A stretch of 64,000 bases of DNA from Alphaproteobacteria bacterium (lineage in GTDB: Bacteria; Pseudomonadota; Alphaproteobacteria; MPNO01; UBA830). This document shows positions 1 through 9,431 of this stretch, piece after piece. The stretch lies in the NCBI GenBank assembly GCA_964291215.2, contig OZ219791.1, positions 2,144,001-2,208,000 on the forward strand. The letters run 5' to 3'. The notes beneath the pieces were generated by a model. The model was not told the DNA's origin and did not search any database. It was given only the letters and a program-made list of their open reading frames with translations. The translations under genes and the position numbers were made by a program. Every line of letters begins with the position of its first letter. Positions within the stretch are counted from its first letter, which is position 1.

Positions 1-1
1 C

Positions 2-1408
2 AGTCTCCCATTCCGGGTGGACCTGTTCGTCTGGGATGACGTGCCGGGCTCCTTCCGGAAGCAAATTGAGCGGGACCATGTGGTACTGGCCAAACCGCCA
101 GTTCCTGCCAATCATTGGCACAGGATGCGACTTGGCGAATGCACCGTAATGAATGAAGCAACATATTCCCCGAAGGAAGATTGGCCATTTGTCAATTACC
201 TTGATACAGGCAGCATCACAGATAACCGAATAGAGAGGATTCAATGCCTGAAGCCGAACAAAGACAAGCTGCCTGACCGTGCGCGTCGCAAAATTGAACC
301 GGGCGACATCGTATTCTCAACCGTCCGGCCCAATCAAAGGCACTTCGGATTGCTACGGGATGTTCCAGAGAATTTTCTCGCATCTACTGGCTTTGCGGTG
401 CTTCATGCGCGCGATGAAATTGCTCACACGGGATTCATATATTGGTTCCTCACGCAGGCAAAAATCATCGACCAGCTTCATACCATCGCCAAAAACAGCA
501 CTTCGGCTTATCCGTCAATAAGGTCCTCGGATATCAAGAATCTGAACATCGATTTACCTCCCCTCCCCGAGCAGCGGGCGATTGCGGGCATCCTTGGTGC
601 GCTGGACGACAAGATCAACCTGAACCGGCGGATGAACGAGACGCTGGAGGCGATGGCGCGGGCGCTCTTCAAGGACTGGTTCGTCGATTTCGGGCCGGTC
701 CGGACAAAAATGGAAGGCCGCGACCCCTACCTGCCTCCCGAAATATGGAACTTGTTTCCCGACCGCTTCGCCAATTCCGAAATCGGCGAGATACCGAAGG
801 GGTGGGAAGTGAGCCCGCTCGACGATCTGATCTCAGTCAATCCCCTGCGACGTTTGCCCAAGGGGCAAATGGCTCCGTACCTCGATATGGCGAACATGCC
901 AACCAAGGGACATATACCTGATACCATCTCTGCTCGTCCCTTTGGCTCGGGGACAAAGTTCATGAACGGCGATACACTTGTGGCTCGCATCACGCCACAC
1001 CTCGAGAACGGAAAGACGGCCTATGTCGATTTCTTGCAGGAAGGCGAGGTCGGCTGGGGATCCACGGATTACATTGTCTTTCGCCCCAAGTCTCCGCTTC
1101 CGTATGAATTCGCATATTGTCTCGCTCGAAATCTTCGTTTCCGCGAATTTGCCATTCAGAACATGACCGGTACAAGCGGTCGCTGGCGGGTGCAGGCCCA
1201 AACCTTGCAAAAATTCCCACTGACGTGCCCGACGGAGCAAGTCGCCGTCGCGTTCGGAAACCTGGTTCGTCCGCCTATCGCTCGAGCAAGTGCGGCCTCC
1301 CGGCAAAGCCATTCTCTCTTCGGCATTCTACACGGGCTGCTTCCCAAGCTGATGTCCGGCGAAATCCGACTTCGCGATGCCGAAAAGGCGGTTGAGGCAG
1401 TGGCATGA
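2..1408 (+). CDS. hsdS: Type I RM specificity subunit HsdS, 5'-partial, fused at its N-terminus to the tail of a nucleotidyltransferase (MNT)-like domain
   Basis: Two TRD blocks with conserved PPLPEQRAIA..LDDKINLN, FKDWFVDF and LLPKLMSGEIR. The frame is open from base 2 and begins SLPFRVDLFVWDDVPGSFRKQIERDHVVL. Confidence 0.9.
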   Translation, partial: SLPFRVDLFVWDDVPGSFRKQIERDHVVLAKPPVPANHWHRMRLGECTVMNEATYSPKEDWPFVNYLDTGSITDNRIERIQCLKPNKDKLPDRARRKIEPGDIVFSTVRPNQRHFGLLRDVPENFLASTGFAVLHARDEIAHTGFIYWFLTQAKIIDQLHTIAKNSTSAYPSIRSSDIKNLNIDLPPLPEQRAIAGILGALDDKINLNRRMNETLEAMARALFKDWFVDFGPVRTKMEGRDPYLPPEIWNLFPDRFANSEIGEIPKGWEVSPLDDLISVNPLRRLPKGQMAPYLDMANMPTKGHIPDTISARPFGSGTKFMNGDTLVARITPHLENGKTAYVDFLQEGEVGWGSTDYIVFRPKSPLPYEFAYCLARNLRFREFAIQNMTGTSGRWRVQAQTLQKFPLTCPTEQVAVAFGNLVRPPIARASAASRQSHSLFGILHGLLPKLMSGEIRLRDAEKAVEAVA

Positions 1409-2560
1409 TTCGTGCCCCCGTCAATCCCGAGCTTCTGCGGTGGGCGCCGCGAGCGCGCCGGGATCGCGCAGGAAGATTTGACGGAGAAGTTCAGGAAACT
1501 TCCCGAATGGGAAAGCGGTGATGTCCAGCCCTCGCTGAAGCAGGTGGAGGCGTTCGCTCGCGCCATTCATGTGCCGGTCGGTTATCTGTTCCTCCCGGAG
1601 CCGCCGAAAGAAGGTGTTCCCATCCCGGATTTCCGCACTTTCGCCGGTCGCATGGTTACGCGGCCCAGCCCCAACCTGCTGGACACGATCTACGCCTGCC
1701 AGGAGCGGCAAAGCTGGTACAGGGAGTTCGCGCGCATCGCCGGCGAGTCGGTGCTCGATTTCGTCGGCAGCGCCTCGGTTGAAGAGTCTCCTGAGAAGGT
1801 TGCGGCCCGGGTGCGGGAGACTCTGGGTTTCGATCTGGCTGCCCGCCGGGAATGTCCGACATGGACCGATGCGTTGCGGCTGTTCATCCGCCAGGCCGAC
1901 GAGGCCGGCGTTCTTGTCATGGTGAGCGGTATCGTGATGAGCAACACCCGCCGCCGTCTCGATCCCGCCGAGTTTCGCGGCTTCGCGCTGTGTGACCCGC
2001 TCGCGCCGCTGATCTTCGTCAACGGCAAGGACACGAAGGCGGCGCAGATGTTCACGCTCGCCCATGAACTCGCGCATGTCTGGCTCGGCGCTTCGGCCTT
2101 ATCGAACCTCGGCACCGTGCCAGGGACGGGTTTCCGGCGGGAGGAAGTGTGGTGCAATGCGGTGGCGGCAGAGCTTCTGGTACCACTGGAAGCCCTGCGA
2201 TCCGATCTGCGACGGAACGAGCCGCTCCCGGACACGCTGTCCCGACTGGCGCGCACCTTCAAGGTCAGCACGTTGGTCATCCTGCGCCGCCTGCTTGATG
2301 CCGGCTGGCTCACTCGCGAGCGCTTGGACGCGGCTTGGACGCAAGAGAGCGAGCATCTGAGAAAGCTGGTCCAGGCGGGCGGCGATGGCGGCGACTTCTA
2401 TCGCACGACGGTCGCGCGCGTCGGACGGCGGTTTACGCGCGCGCTGGTCGTGAGCACGCTCGAAGGCCAGACGCTTTATCGGGATGCGTTCCGGATGTTG
2501 GGCGTCAGGAAGACCGAGACCTTCAACAATCTCGGGCGCGAAGCCGGGGCGATGGGATGA
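1405..2560 (+). pseudogene. XRE-HTH + ImmA/IrrE (COG2856) Zn metallopeptidase with a +1 frameshift at about 1447
   Basis: ATG overlaps the hsdS stop (ATGA). MIRAPVNPELLRWA then RERAG continues in the next frame after one extra C. FTLAHELAH is an HExxH motif; EVWCNAVAAELL follows. Confidence 0.8.
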
Positions 2561-3063
2561 CGGCCTATCTCGTCGATTCGAACGTCTTCATCCAAGCCAG
2601 GAACTTGCACTATGGCTTCGATTTCTGCCCCGCCTTCTGGGATTGGCTGGTTGAGCAGAATGGCGCGGGCAAGGTCGCGAGCATCGAGAAGGTCGCGGAC
2701 GAACTGCAGGCCGGAGACGACGAGTTGGCGGAGTGGGCCGCGGCGCGGGGTGACGGGTTCTTTCTGCCGCCCGATGATGCGGTGTTGCCGGCGCTTGGCG
2801 CCGTGAGCGACTGGGCAAGCGGGCATGGATACCAGCAGGCCGCCGTCGCAACCTTCTTGCAGGTCTCCGACTACTGGCTTGTCGCGCATGCGCTGACTCA
2901 CGCGTGCATCGTCGTCACGCACGAAGTTCCCGCCGATACCGCCAGAAAGATCAAGATTCCGAATGCCTGCACCGGTCTCGGCCTGCGCTGCATGAGCCCG
3001 TACGAGATGCTCCGCCGCGAGCGTGCAAGATTTGTCCTGGGAGCGCGCAGAGCCGCGGCGTAA
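2557..3063 (+). CDS. DUF4411 family (PIN-like) protein
   Basis: MTAYLVDSNVFIQARNLHYGFDFCPAFWDWL...VVTHE...KIKIPNAC. ATGA overlap with the upstream peptidase. Confidence 0.85.
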   Translation: MTAYLVDSNVFIQARNLHYGFDFCPAFWDWLVEQNGAGKVASIEKVADELQAGDDELAEWAAARGDGFFLPPDDAVLPALGAVSDWASGHGYQQAAVATFLQVSDYWLVAHALTHACIVVTHEVPADTARKIKIPNACTGLGLRCMSPYEMLRRERARFVLGARRAAA

Positions 3064-3252
3064 TGACCAGAATCACCGAAAGCGAGGTCGAAGCCGCCGC
3101 TCTCGAATGGCTCGCCGTGCTCGGTTATGCCGTGCTGCACGGACCGGACATCGGCCCGGAGGGTCCGGCATCGGAGCGCGGCAGCCACGATGAGGTGCTG
3201 CTGACCGGTCGGCTCCGCGAGGCGCTTGTACGCCTCAACCCGAACCTGCCCG
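2991..3252 (+). repeat. 262-bp direct repeat, copy 1 (DUF4411 3' end + hsdR 5' end)
   Basis: Near-identical to 5670-5931, with about ten substitutions. Confidence 0.95.
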
Positions 3253-3893
3253 ATGCGCTGGACGAGGAGGGCAAGCCGGTTGGGTGGTTGACCTATACGC
3301 TAGGCGAGTTGGCGCAACATCACTGCGCCACCTTGTCGCCTGGTGCCCAACCGGAGCGCATCTACGAGCACTACAGTATCCCAGCTTACGATGCCGGAAA
3401 TGAGCCGACCATTGAACTTGGCGGCTCGATCAAGAGCAACAAGACGATTGTGCCGAAGGGCGCGGTTCTTCTGTCCAAGCTCAATCCCAAGATTGAAAGG
3501 GTATGGTTGCCTAACCTCAATGGAAAAGTGCCTCCAATTGCGTCCACCGAATTTCTAGCCCTTACGCCTCTCGCACCGGCGACCCGCAGTGTACTCTATT
3601 GCCTCTTTAGAAGCTCAAGTTTCAGAGCGGAGATGGGCGCGAGGGTTACCGGCACTTCGAAGAGCTATCAACGCGTCCCGCCAAGGTCTCTTCTCACTTG
3701 CGAGGTCCTAGTCGCAAATCCAAAATTGCTTGCATCGTTCGACAGGACGGTTAGCACCATGATGTATCGGCTGCTCTCAAATCGTCGAGAGTCCCGCGAA
3801 TTGGCGCAGACCCGCGATCTGCTTCTCCCAAAGTTGGTGTCGGGAGAAATCCGCCTTCGTGATGTTGAGCGCGCTGTAAAGGCGGTTGCTTAA
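3063..3893 (+). CDS. Chimera: first ~63 aa of HsdR fused to a half-HsdS (one TRD + C-terminal conserved helix)
   Basis: MTRITESEVEAAALEWL...RLNPNLP joins DALDEEGKPVGW...STEF...TRDLLLPKLVSGEIRLRD. Confidence 0.85.
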   Translation: MTRITESEVEAAALEWLAVLGYAVLHGPDIGPEGPASERGSHDEVLLTGRLREALVRLNPNLPDALDEEGKPVGWLTYTLGELAQHHCATLSPGAQPERIYEHYSIPAYDAGNEPTIELGGSIKSNKTIVPKGAVLLSKLNPKIERVWLPNLNGKVPPIASTEFLALTPLAPATRSVLYCLFRSSSFRAEMGARVTGTSKSYQRVPPRSLLTCEVLVANPKLLASFDRTVSTMMYRLLSNRRESRELAQTRDLLLPKLVSGEIRLRDVERAVKAVA

Positions 3894-5629
3894 TGATCCG
3901 GGACGAAGACATCCGCCGCCAACTCCGCTTGGCTGAGGACAGCCAGTGGGAATTCAAGCGTATCGAGTTCCGCGGCAACACACCGACCAGCCCACTCAGA
4001 GACGATTGGGCGGACGAACTCGGCGCGTTTGGCAACGCGGACGGCGGGATAATGCTCTGTGGAGTGTCTGACGACGGAACAATCAAAGGCATGTCGCGAG
4101 AACAGATGGCGGCCCTGGACCACCTTCTTGTGGAGGTCAGCACCGATGTCCTTGAGCCGCCGCTGCGCATCGGCGTCCACCACAGAGAACTGGATGGTAG
4201 AGCATTCCTGCTGGCCGCAGTTCCACGCGGCGAAGCCCTGCATGAACGGAACGGGCAGGCATTCGTCCGGGTCGGTGCGACCAAGCGGCGCCTGCGCAGG
4301 GACGAAGGTCTGAGGCTGGCGCAGAATCGTGCGCAGAACCGCTACCTGTGGTTCGACAAGCAGATCGTTCCCGAAACCGGCTTCGAGACACTCAGCGAAC
4401 GCCTGTGGGAGCCGCTGCTCAGCGTGGCGGCGGCGGCGGACCCACGGCGCGGATTGCTGAATCTTCGCCTGCTGGCGCAGGATGAAGCGGGCGTGGATCG
4501 GGCCACCGTGGCCGGCATACTGCTTTGTACTCCTTCGCCGCAGGACTGGTTGCCGCAAGCGACCATCGCGGCGACGCATTATCGCGGATTGGATCGTGCC
4601 TCGGGCCAGCTGGACGCGCAGGAGATCGCCGGACCGCTCCCCGCACAGATTGCGGACTCGGTCCGGTTCGTCGTTCGCAATATGCGCGTTTCCGCCCGCA
4701 AGACTCCGGAACGGGAAGATGTTTTCCAGTACAGCAAGGCCGCCGTATTCGAGGCGGTGGTCAACGCGGTTGCGCACCGCGACTACTCCATGTCTTCCCG
4801 CAGGATCCGGCTATCCATGTTCAAGGATCGCCTGGAAATCGATTCGCCCGGCCAGCTTCCGAACGGCATGACCATCGAAAGCATGGAGGACAGTCAGGCC
4901 ACGCGCAACGAGGTGATCGCATCCGTGTTCGGGCACATCGCCGTCGGTAATGTGGCAGGGTCGGGTCGTCGTAGGTACCTGATGGAACGCCGCGGGGATG
5001 GCGTGTCGATCATCCGCACGGAAACCCAGGAGGCCACCGGCTTGCCGCCGGAATACAGATTGGTTGAAGAATCGAGCTTGGTGCTCCGCATTCCTGCCGC
5101 CAAGCTGGAGCTGGTTCCTGCCGACGCAACAGTCACGGTGCATTGCGGAGGTGAGCCCCTCGCCGGTATCGAGGTTCTCGCGCTCTTCCCCAACAAGACT
5201 TGGGTCCGGGCGACGACTGACGAGGCCGGCGATGCGGCCCTGGACCTTTACACGACGAATTTGCCGATGACGATCTATGCTGCCGGGTCGGGGTATGCCG
5301 CCGGATTGGAACGAGCTTGGACCCCCAATCGGGGCGGCCTGCTGCTCGAACTCGAACCGCTCGAATCCGGTGGCGCCGCGATTTTCTCTCAGAGCACGGG
5401 ACACCTTCCTGGCCTGCACGGACGGCTGAACCCGATACGCGATACGTCCGACCGGACCTATCTGTACGCCGACAACATCGCCATCGACGAGGGGCGTCCG
5501 CAACCCGTGCCGTTTCGGCCCGGCAAACCGATACGGCTGACGGACGCCCATGGCTCGGAATTGTCGGTCACTATCGTGGACATCCTCGGCCGGTCCGCCT
5601 TGATCGAATACAGACCGTTTGAACCGTGA
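3893..5629 (+). CDS. Schlafen/AlbA_2 domain + HATPase_c_4-like domain + beta-rich C-terminal region
   Basis: EDSQWEFKR and AFGNADGGIMLCGVSDDG; EAVVNAVAHRDYS..DRLEIDSPG. TAATG overlap with the upstream gene. Confidence 0.85.
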   Translation: MIRDEDIRRQLRLAEDSQWEFKRIEFRGNTPTSPLRDDWADELGAFGNADGGIMLCGVSDDGTIKGMSREQMAALDHLLVEVSTDVLEPPLRIGVHHRELDGRAFLLAAVPRGEALHERNGQAFVRVGATKRRLRRDEGLRLAQNRAQNRYLWFDKQIVPETGFETLSERLWEPLLSVAAAADPRRGLLNLRLLAQDEAGVDRATVAGILLCTPSPQDWLPQATIAATHYRGLDRASGQLDAQEIAGPLPAQIADSVRFVVRNMRVSARKTPEREDVFQYSKAAVFEAVVNAVAHRDYSMSSRRIRLSMFKDRLEIDSPGQLPNGMTIESMEDSQATRNEVIASVFGHIAVGNVAGSGRRRYLMERRGDGVSIIRTETQEATGLPPEYRLVEESSLVLRIPAAKLELVPADATVTVHCGGEPLAGIEVLALFPNKTWVRATTDEAGDAALDLYTTNLPMTIYAAGSGYAAGLERAWTPNRGGLLLELEPLESGGAAIFSQSTGHLPGLHGRLNPIRDTSDRTYLYADNIAIDEGRPQPVPFRPGKPIRLTDAHGSELSVTIVDILGRSALIEYRPFEP

Positions 5630-5745
5630 CGGTCGTCAATGCGTTCATCCGGGCCCGGAACCTGCATCACATGAGCCCGTACGAGATGCTCCGCCGCGAG
5701 CGCGCAAGATTTGTCCTGGGAGCGCGCAGAGCCGCGGCGTCATGA
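5626..5745 (+). pseudogene. Internally deleted DUF4411 remnant (39 aa)
   Basis: MTVVNAFIRARNLHH joins MSPYEMLRRERARFVLGARRAAAS, matching the N- and C-ends of 2557-3063. Confidence 0.75.
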
Positions 5746-5931
5746 CCAGAATCACCGAAAGCGAAGTGGAAGCCGCCGCTCTCGAATGGCTCGCCGGGCT
5801 CGGCTATGCCGTGCTGCACGGACCGGACATCGGCCCGGAGGGTCCGGCATCGGAGCGCAGCAGCCACGATGAGGTGCGGCTGACCGGCCGGCTCCGCGAG
5901 GCGCTTGTACGTCTCAACCCGAACCTGCCCG
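5670..5931 (+). repeat. 262-bp direct repeat, copy 2
   Basis: Matches 2991-3252. Confidence 0.95.
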
Positions 5932-8040
5932 CCGCGGCGCTGGAGGAGGTGCTGCGCAAGTTGCGGCAGACGGAGACCCCCTCCCTCGTCGAGGAGAACC
6001 GCCGCCTGCACCGCTACCTGATCGCGGGCGTGCCGGTCGAGGTGGTGCGGGAGGACGGCAGCATCGGCGGCGACGCCGCCCGTCTGATCGATTTCGACGA
6101 CCTCGAGGCCAACGACTGGCTGGCGGTGAACCGGTTCACGGTGATCGAGCACGAACACAACCGCCGCCCCGACATCGTGCTGTTCATCAATGGCCTGCCG
6201 CTGGCCGTGATCGAGATGAAGAACCCCGGCGACGAAAACGCCACCCTCGAAGGGGCGTTCAACCAGCTCCGGACTTACAAGAACGAGATACCTTCCCTGT
6301 TCCGCACCAATGCCGCTCTCATGACTTCGGACGGTCTTCAGGCGCGGCTCGGAGCTGACGGCCGGTCCCGAACGGTTCATGCCCTGGCGCACCGTGGACG
6401 GCGCCGCCGTCGCCCCGAAGGGCGCGCCCGAGCTCGAAACCGTCGTCGAAGGCGTGTTCGGGAAGAACCGGTTTCTGGCCCTGGTCCGGGACTTCACCGT
6501 GTTCGGGGACACGGGCGCGGGACTGGTCAAGATCGTGGCCGGCTACCACCAGTTTCACGCCGCGCGGTCGCGGCCACATTGCGCGCGCTTCCCGGGCAAC
6601 TGGAGACACTGCGCGAGGACCCGGCCCCATACGGGCTGCCGTCCGTTGAAGCGCAGCCGGCGGGCGACAGGCGCATCGGCGTGATCTAGCATACGCAAGG
6701 CTCCGGCAAGAGCCTGCTGATGGCGTTCTACGCCGGACAGGTCATCGCCCACCCGGCGATGGAGAACCCGACCATCGTGGTCATCACCGACCGCAACGAC
6801 CAGTTGTTCGGCACGTTCTCCATGTGCCGCGACCTGCTCCGCCAGGCCCCGCGGTAGGCCGACAGCCGGGAGGATCTGCGGAAAGTGCTGACGCGCCCAT
6901 CCGGCGGCGTCGTGTTCACCACTCTCCAGAAGTTCGCACCCGAGTCCGGTGAAACGGACTATCCGGTGCTCTCCGACCGCCGCAACATCGTCGTGATCGC
7001 GGATGAGGCGCACCGCAGCCAGTACGGTTTCCGCGCCAGGGTGGCCCGCGAGACCGGGGAGATTTCCTACGGCTTCGCCAAGTACCTGCGCGACTCCCTG
7101 CCGAACGCTTCCTTCATCGGCTTCACCGGCACACCGATCGAAAAGGAGGATGTGAACACGCCGTCCGTTTTCGGCAATTATATCGACATCTACGACATCA
7201 ACCGCGGCGTCGAAGACGGCGCGACCGTACCGATCTACTACGAGAGCCGCCTCGCCCGCATCGAGCTCGACGAAAGCGAGAAGCCGGCGCTCGACGACGA
7301 GATCGCCGAACTGACCGAGGACGAAGGCGAACAGGAACGGCTCAAGAGACGATGGGCGAACGTCGAGGCCGTCGTCGGGACGGAGAAGCGCCTGCGCCTG
7401 GTTGCCCGGGATCTGGTCGAGCACTTCGAGAGGCGTGTCGCCGGCATGGACGGCAAGGCCATGATCGTCTGCATGAGCCGCCGCATCTGCGTCGCGCTCT
7501 ATGGCAAGATCGTCAAGCTGCGCCCGGACTGGCACAGCGACGACGACGAAAGCGGCGTCATCAAGATCGTCATGACCGGCGCGGCGTCGGACCCGAAGCA
7601 TTGGCAACGCCACATCGGGGGCAAGGCGCGCCGGGAGCTGCTCGCCAAGCGGATCAAGGACGCGGACGACCCGCTCAGGCTGGTGATCGTGCGGGACATG
7701 TGGCTGACCGGCTTCGACGCGCCTGCACACGATGTACATCGACAAGCCCATGCGGGGGCACGGGCTCATGCAGGCCATCGCCCGCGTCAACCGCGTGTTC
7801 CGCGACAAGCCCGCCGGTCTGATCGTGGACTACATCGGCATCGCACAGAATCTGAAGTCCGCCCTCGGCCAATACTCGCGCGACGACCGAAGGCACGCCG
7901 GCATCGACGAGGCCGAAGCCGTCGCGGTCATGCTGGAGAAGTACGAGATCGTGAGCGCCATGTTCCACGGTTTCGACTTCCGCAAGGGCCTTGTCGGGTC
8001 GCCGCAGGAGCGGCTCGCGGCGCTGGCCGGCGCCATCGAG
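5742..8040 (+). pseudogene. hsdR: Type I restriction subunit HsdR, disrupted and 3'-truncated
   Basis: [51 protein letters not shown] and [10 protein letters not shown] motifs. Frameshifts near 6355, 6565 and 7722; TAG stops at 6687 and 6855; ends at a MITE. Confidence 0.92.
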
Positions 8041-9147
8041 CATGACAATCCCATGCTAATCACCTGAATCTGAAGTTCGTGGCATAAGTTTTGTTCGACG
8101 CGGAGACAGAAGCGCTTGACGGCGGCGAGGATTTCGTCGGTTGATTTGGTCCACCTGAAGGGCTTGGGATTTTCGTTGTGGGTTGAAGGCCCGGATGTCG
8201 GTTTCGAGTTGCAGGGTCGAGACGCGACGCTGCAACTGCTTGCGGGTCGGCGAACCAGCGCTCCTGAGCCACGAGGCGGATGTCGGTGGACATGCGGCCG
8301 CCAGCCAGACCGCCGCGGTTTTGTGGGTGGCGAGTTGGACGATGTGGATGGCCGTCCGGGACATTGCAGTCGATCACCTTGAGGAAGTCGAGGAACTCCC
8401 TGGCCCGTCTGTAGCACGACCGCGCCGGCGGCGGCGAACAGCGAGGTCGTGCGGTTGCGCTTGGGGTGCGCCGGCCGGGCAGCAGGACCGGCTGGGTGCG
8501 GTCTGGCTCTTTGACGCTCAGCGCGCGATCCGGCGGCGAGAGGATGTCGCGGACCTTGTCGACGAAGTGCGGATCACTTGAACGGCCCGGCTGCAGGCGC
8601 GCCAGATCGACGTCAGCCCCGCCTCCTTCGCCAGCAGCGGGTCGCGGGCGTTGAGGTGAGCGTGCGCTCGATCACTTCCGCCACCTTCGCGATGCTCCGC
8701 CGGCAGCCGGGGCCCCTCGATGCGGTCCTTGGCTTGCGCCACTTGCCGACGGTGTGCACGCCGATCTCACCGCCTTGTTGCCAAGCCCGTCCGCAGGATC
8801 ATGCGGCAGCGAGCGCGCCATACGGTGGCGGCGAACCTGCGCCTCCAGATACGACCGATCACTCAAGACCAGCACCGCCAAGGGCCGTCCCGTGGCATCG
8901 CCATGACCTCCGTGTTCACACTCCGACTGCCATCATACAATCATACTTACTTCCTTCAGTTCCAGATGACTAATTTGGAGACGCGAAATCCGAATGCGTT
9001 GGGGCTCGGCTCATCACAGATCGCCTCCTTGATCGCAATTTTCGTGCCAAGAAGGCCCCATCAAGCCTTGGCGGCACGATTGCAGCGCGACGCAAACTGA
9101 GAAAATCTCGCCAGTCGTCGCCGGATTAGCGGCGTGGGATCACCGTG
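8041..9147. mobile_element. MITE-A copy (~190 bp) interrupted by an IS630 relic
   Basis: 8041-8058 plus 8973-9147 is the reverse complement of 41518-41708. Ends are CATGACAATCCCATGCT and GCGTGGGATCACCGTG. Confidence 0.85.
8057..8972 (-). mobile_element. Degraded IS630-family element
   Basis: Transposase C-terminus NENPKPFRWTKSTDEILAAVKRFC on the minus strand. Imperfect TIRs TAATCACCTGAATCTGAAG / TAGTCATCTGGAACTGAAG with TA ends. Confidence 0.8.
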
Positions 9148-9288
9148 GCGCAGCAGACGGATGCATTGTCAGCGCACGGGCATCGGAGTATGCTGGGTGC
9201 GTCGTGACCGGCCGCTGGCGCCGTTCTGGACGCGCGCGAACAATGGCTGCTGTCCGGCCTGTTGCGCGGGCTGTGTCGCGCGGAATGT

Positions 9289-9365
9289 CGGGGCGTAGCG
9301 CAGTCTGGTAGCGCATCTGCTTTGGGAGCAGGGGGTCGGCGGTTCGAATCCGTCCGCCCCGACCA
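9289..9365 (+). tRNA. tRNA-Pro(TGG)
   Basis: Cloverleaf, anticodon loop TT-TGG-GA, GTTCGAATC T-loop, CCA end. Confidence 0.97.
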
Positions 9366-9431
9366 TGCCTTTTCCGGTCATGGCCCGCCGGCGGGCGCAT
9401 CGAGGGGACTCACGGTCGGCGGTGCGATTTC

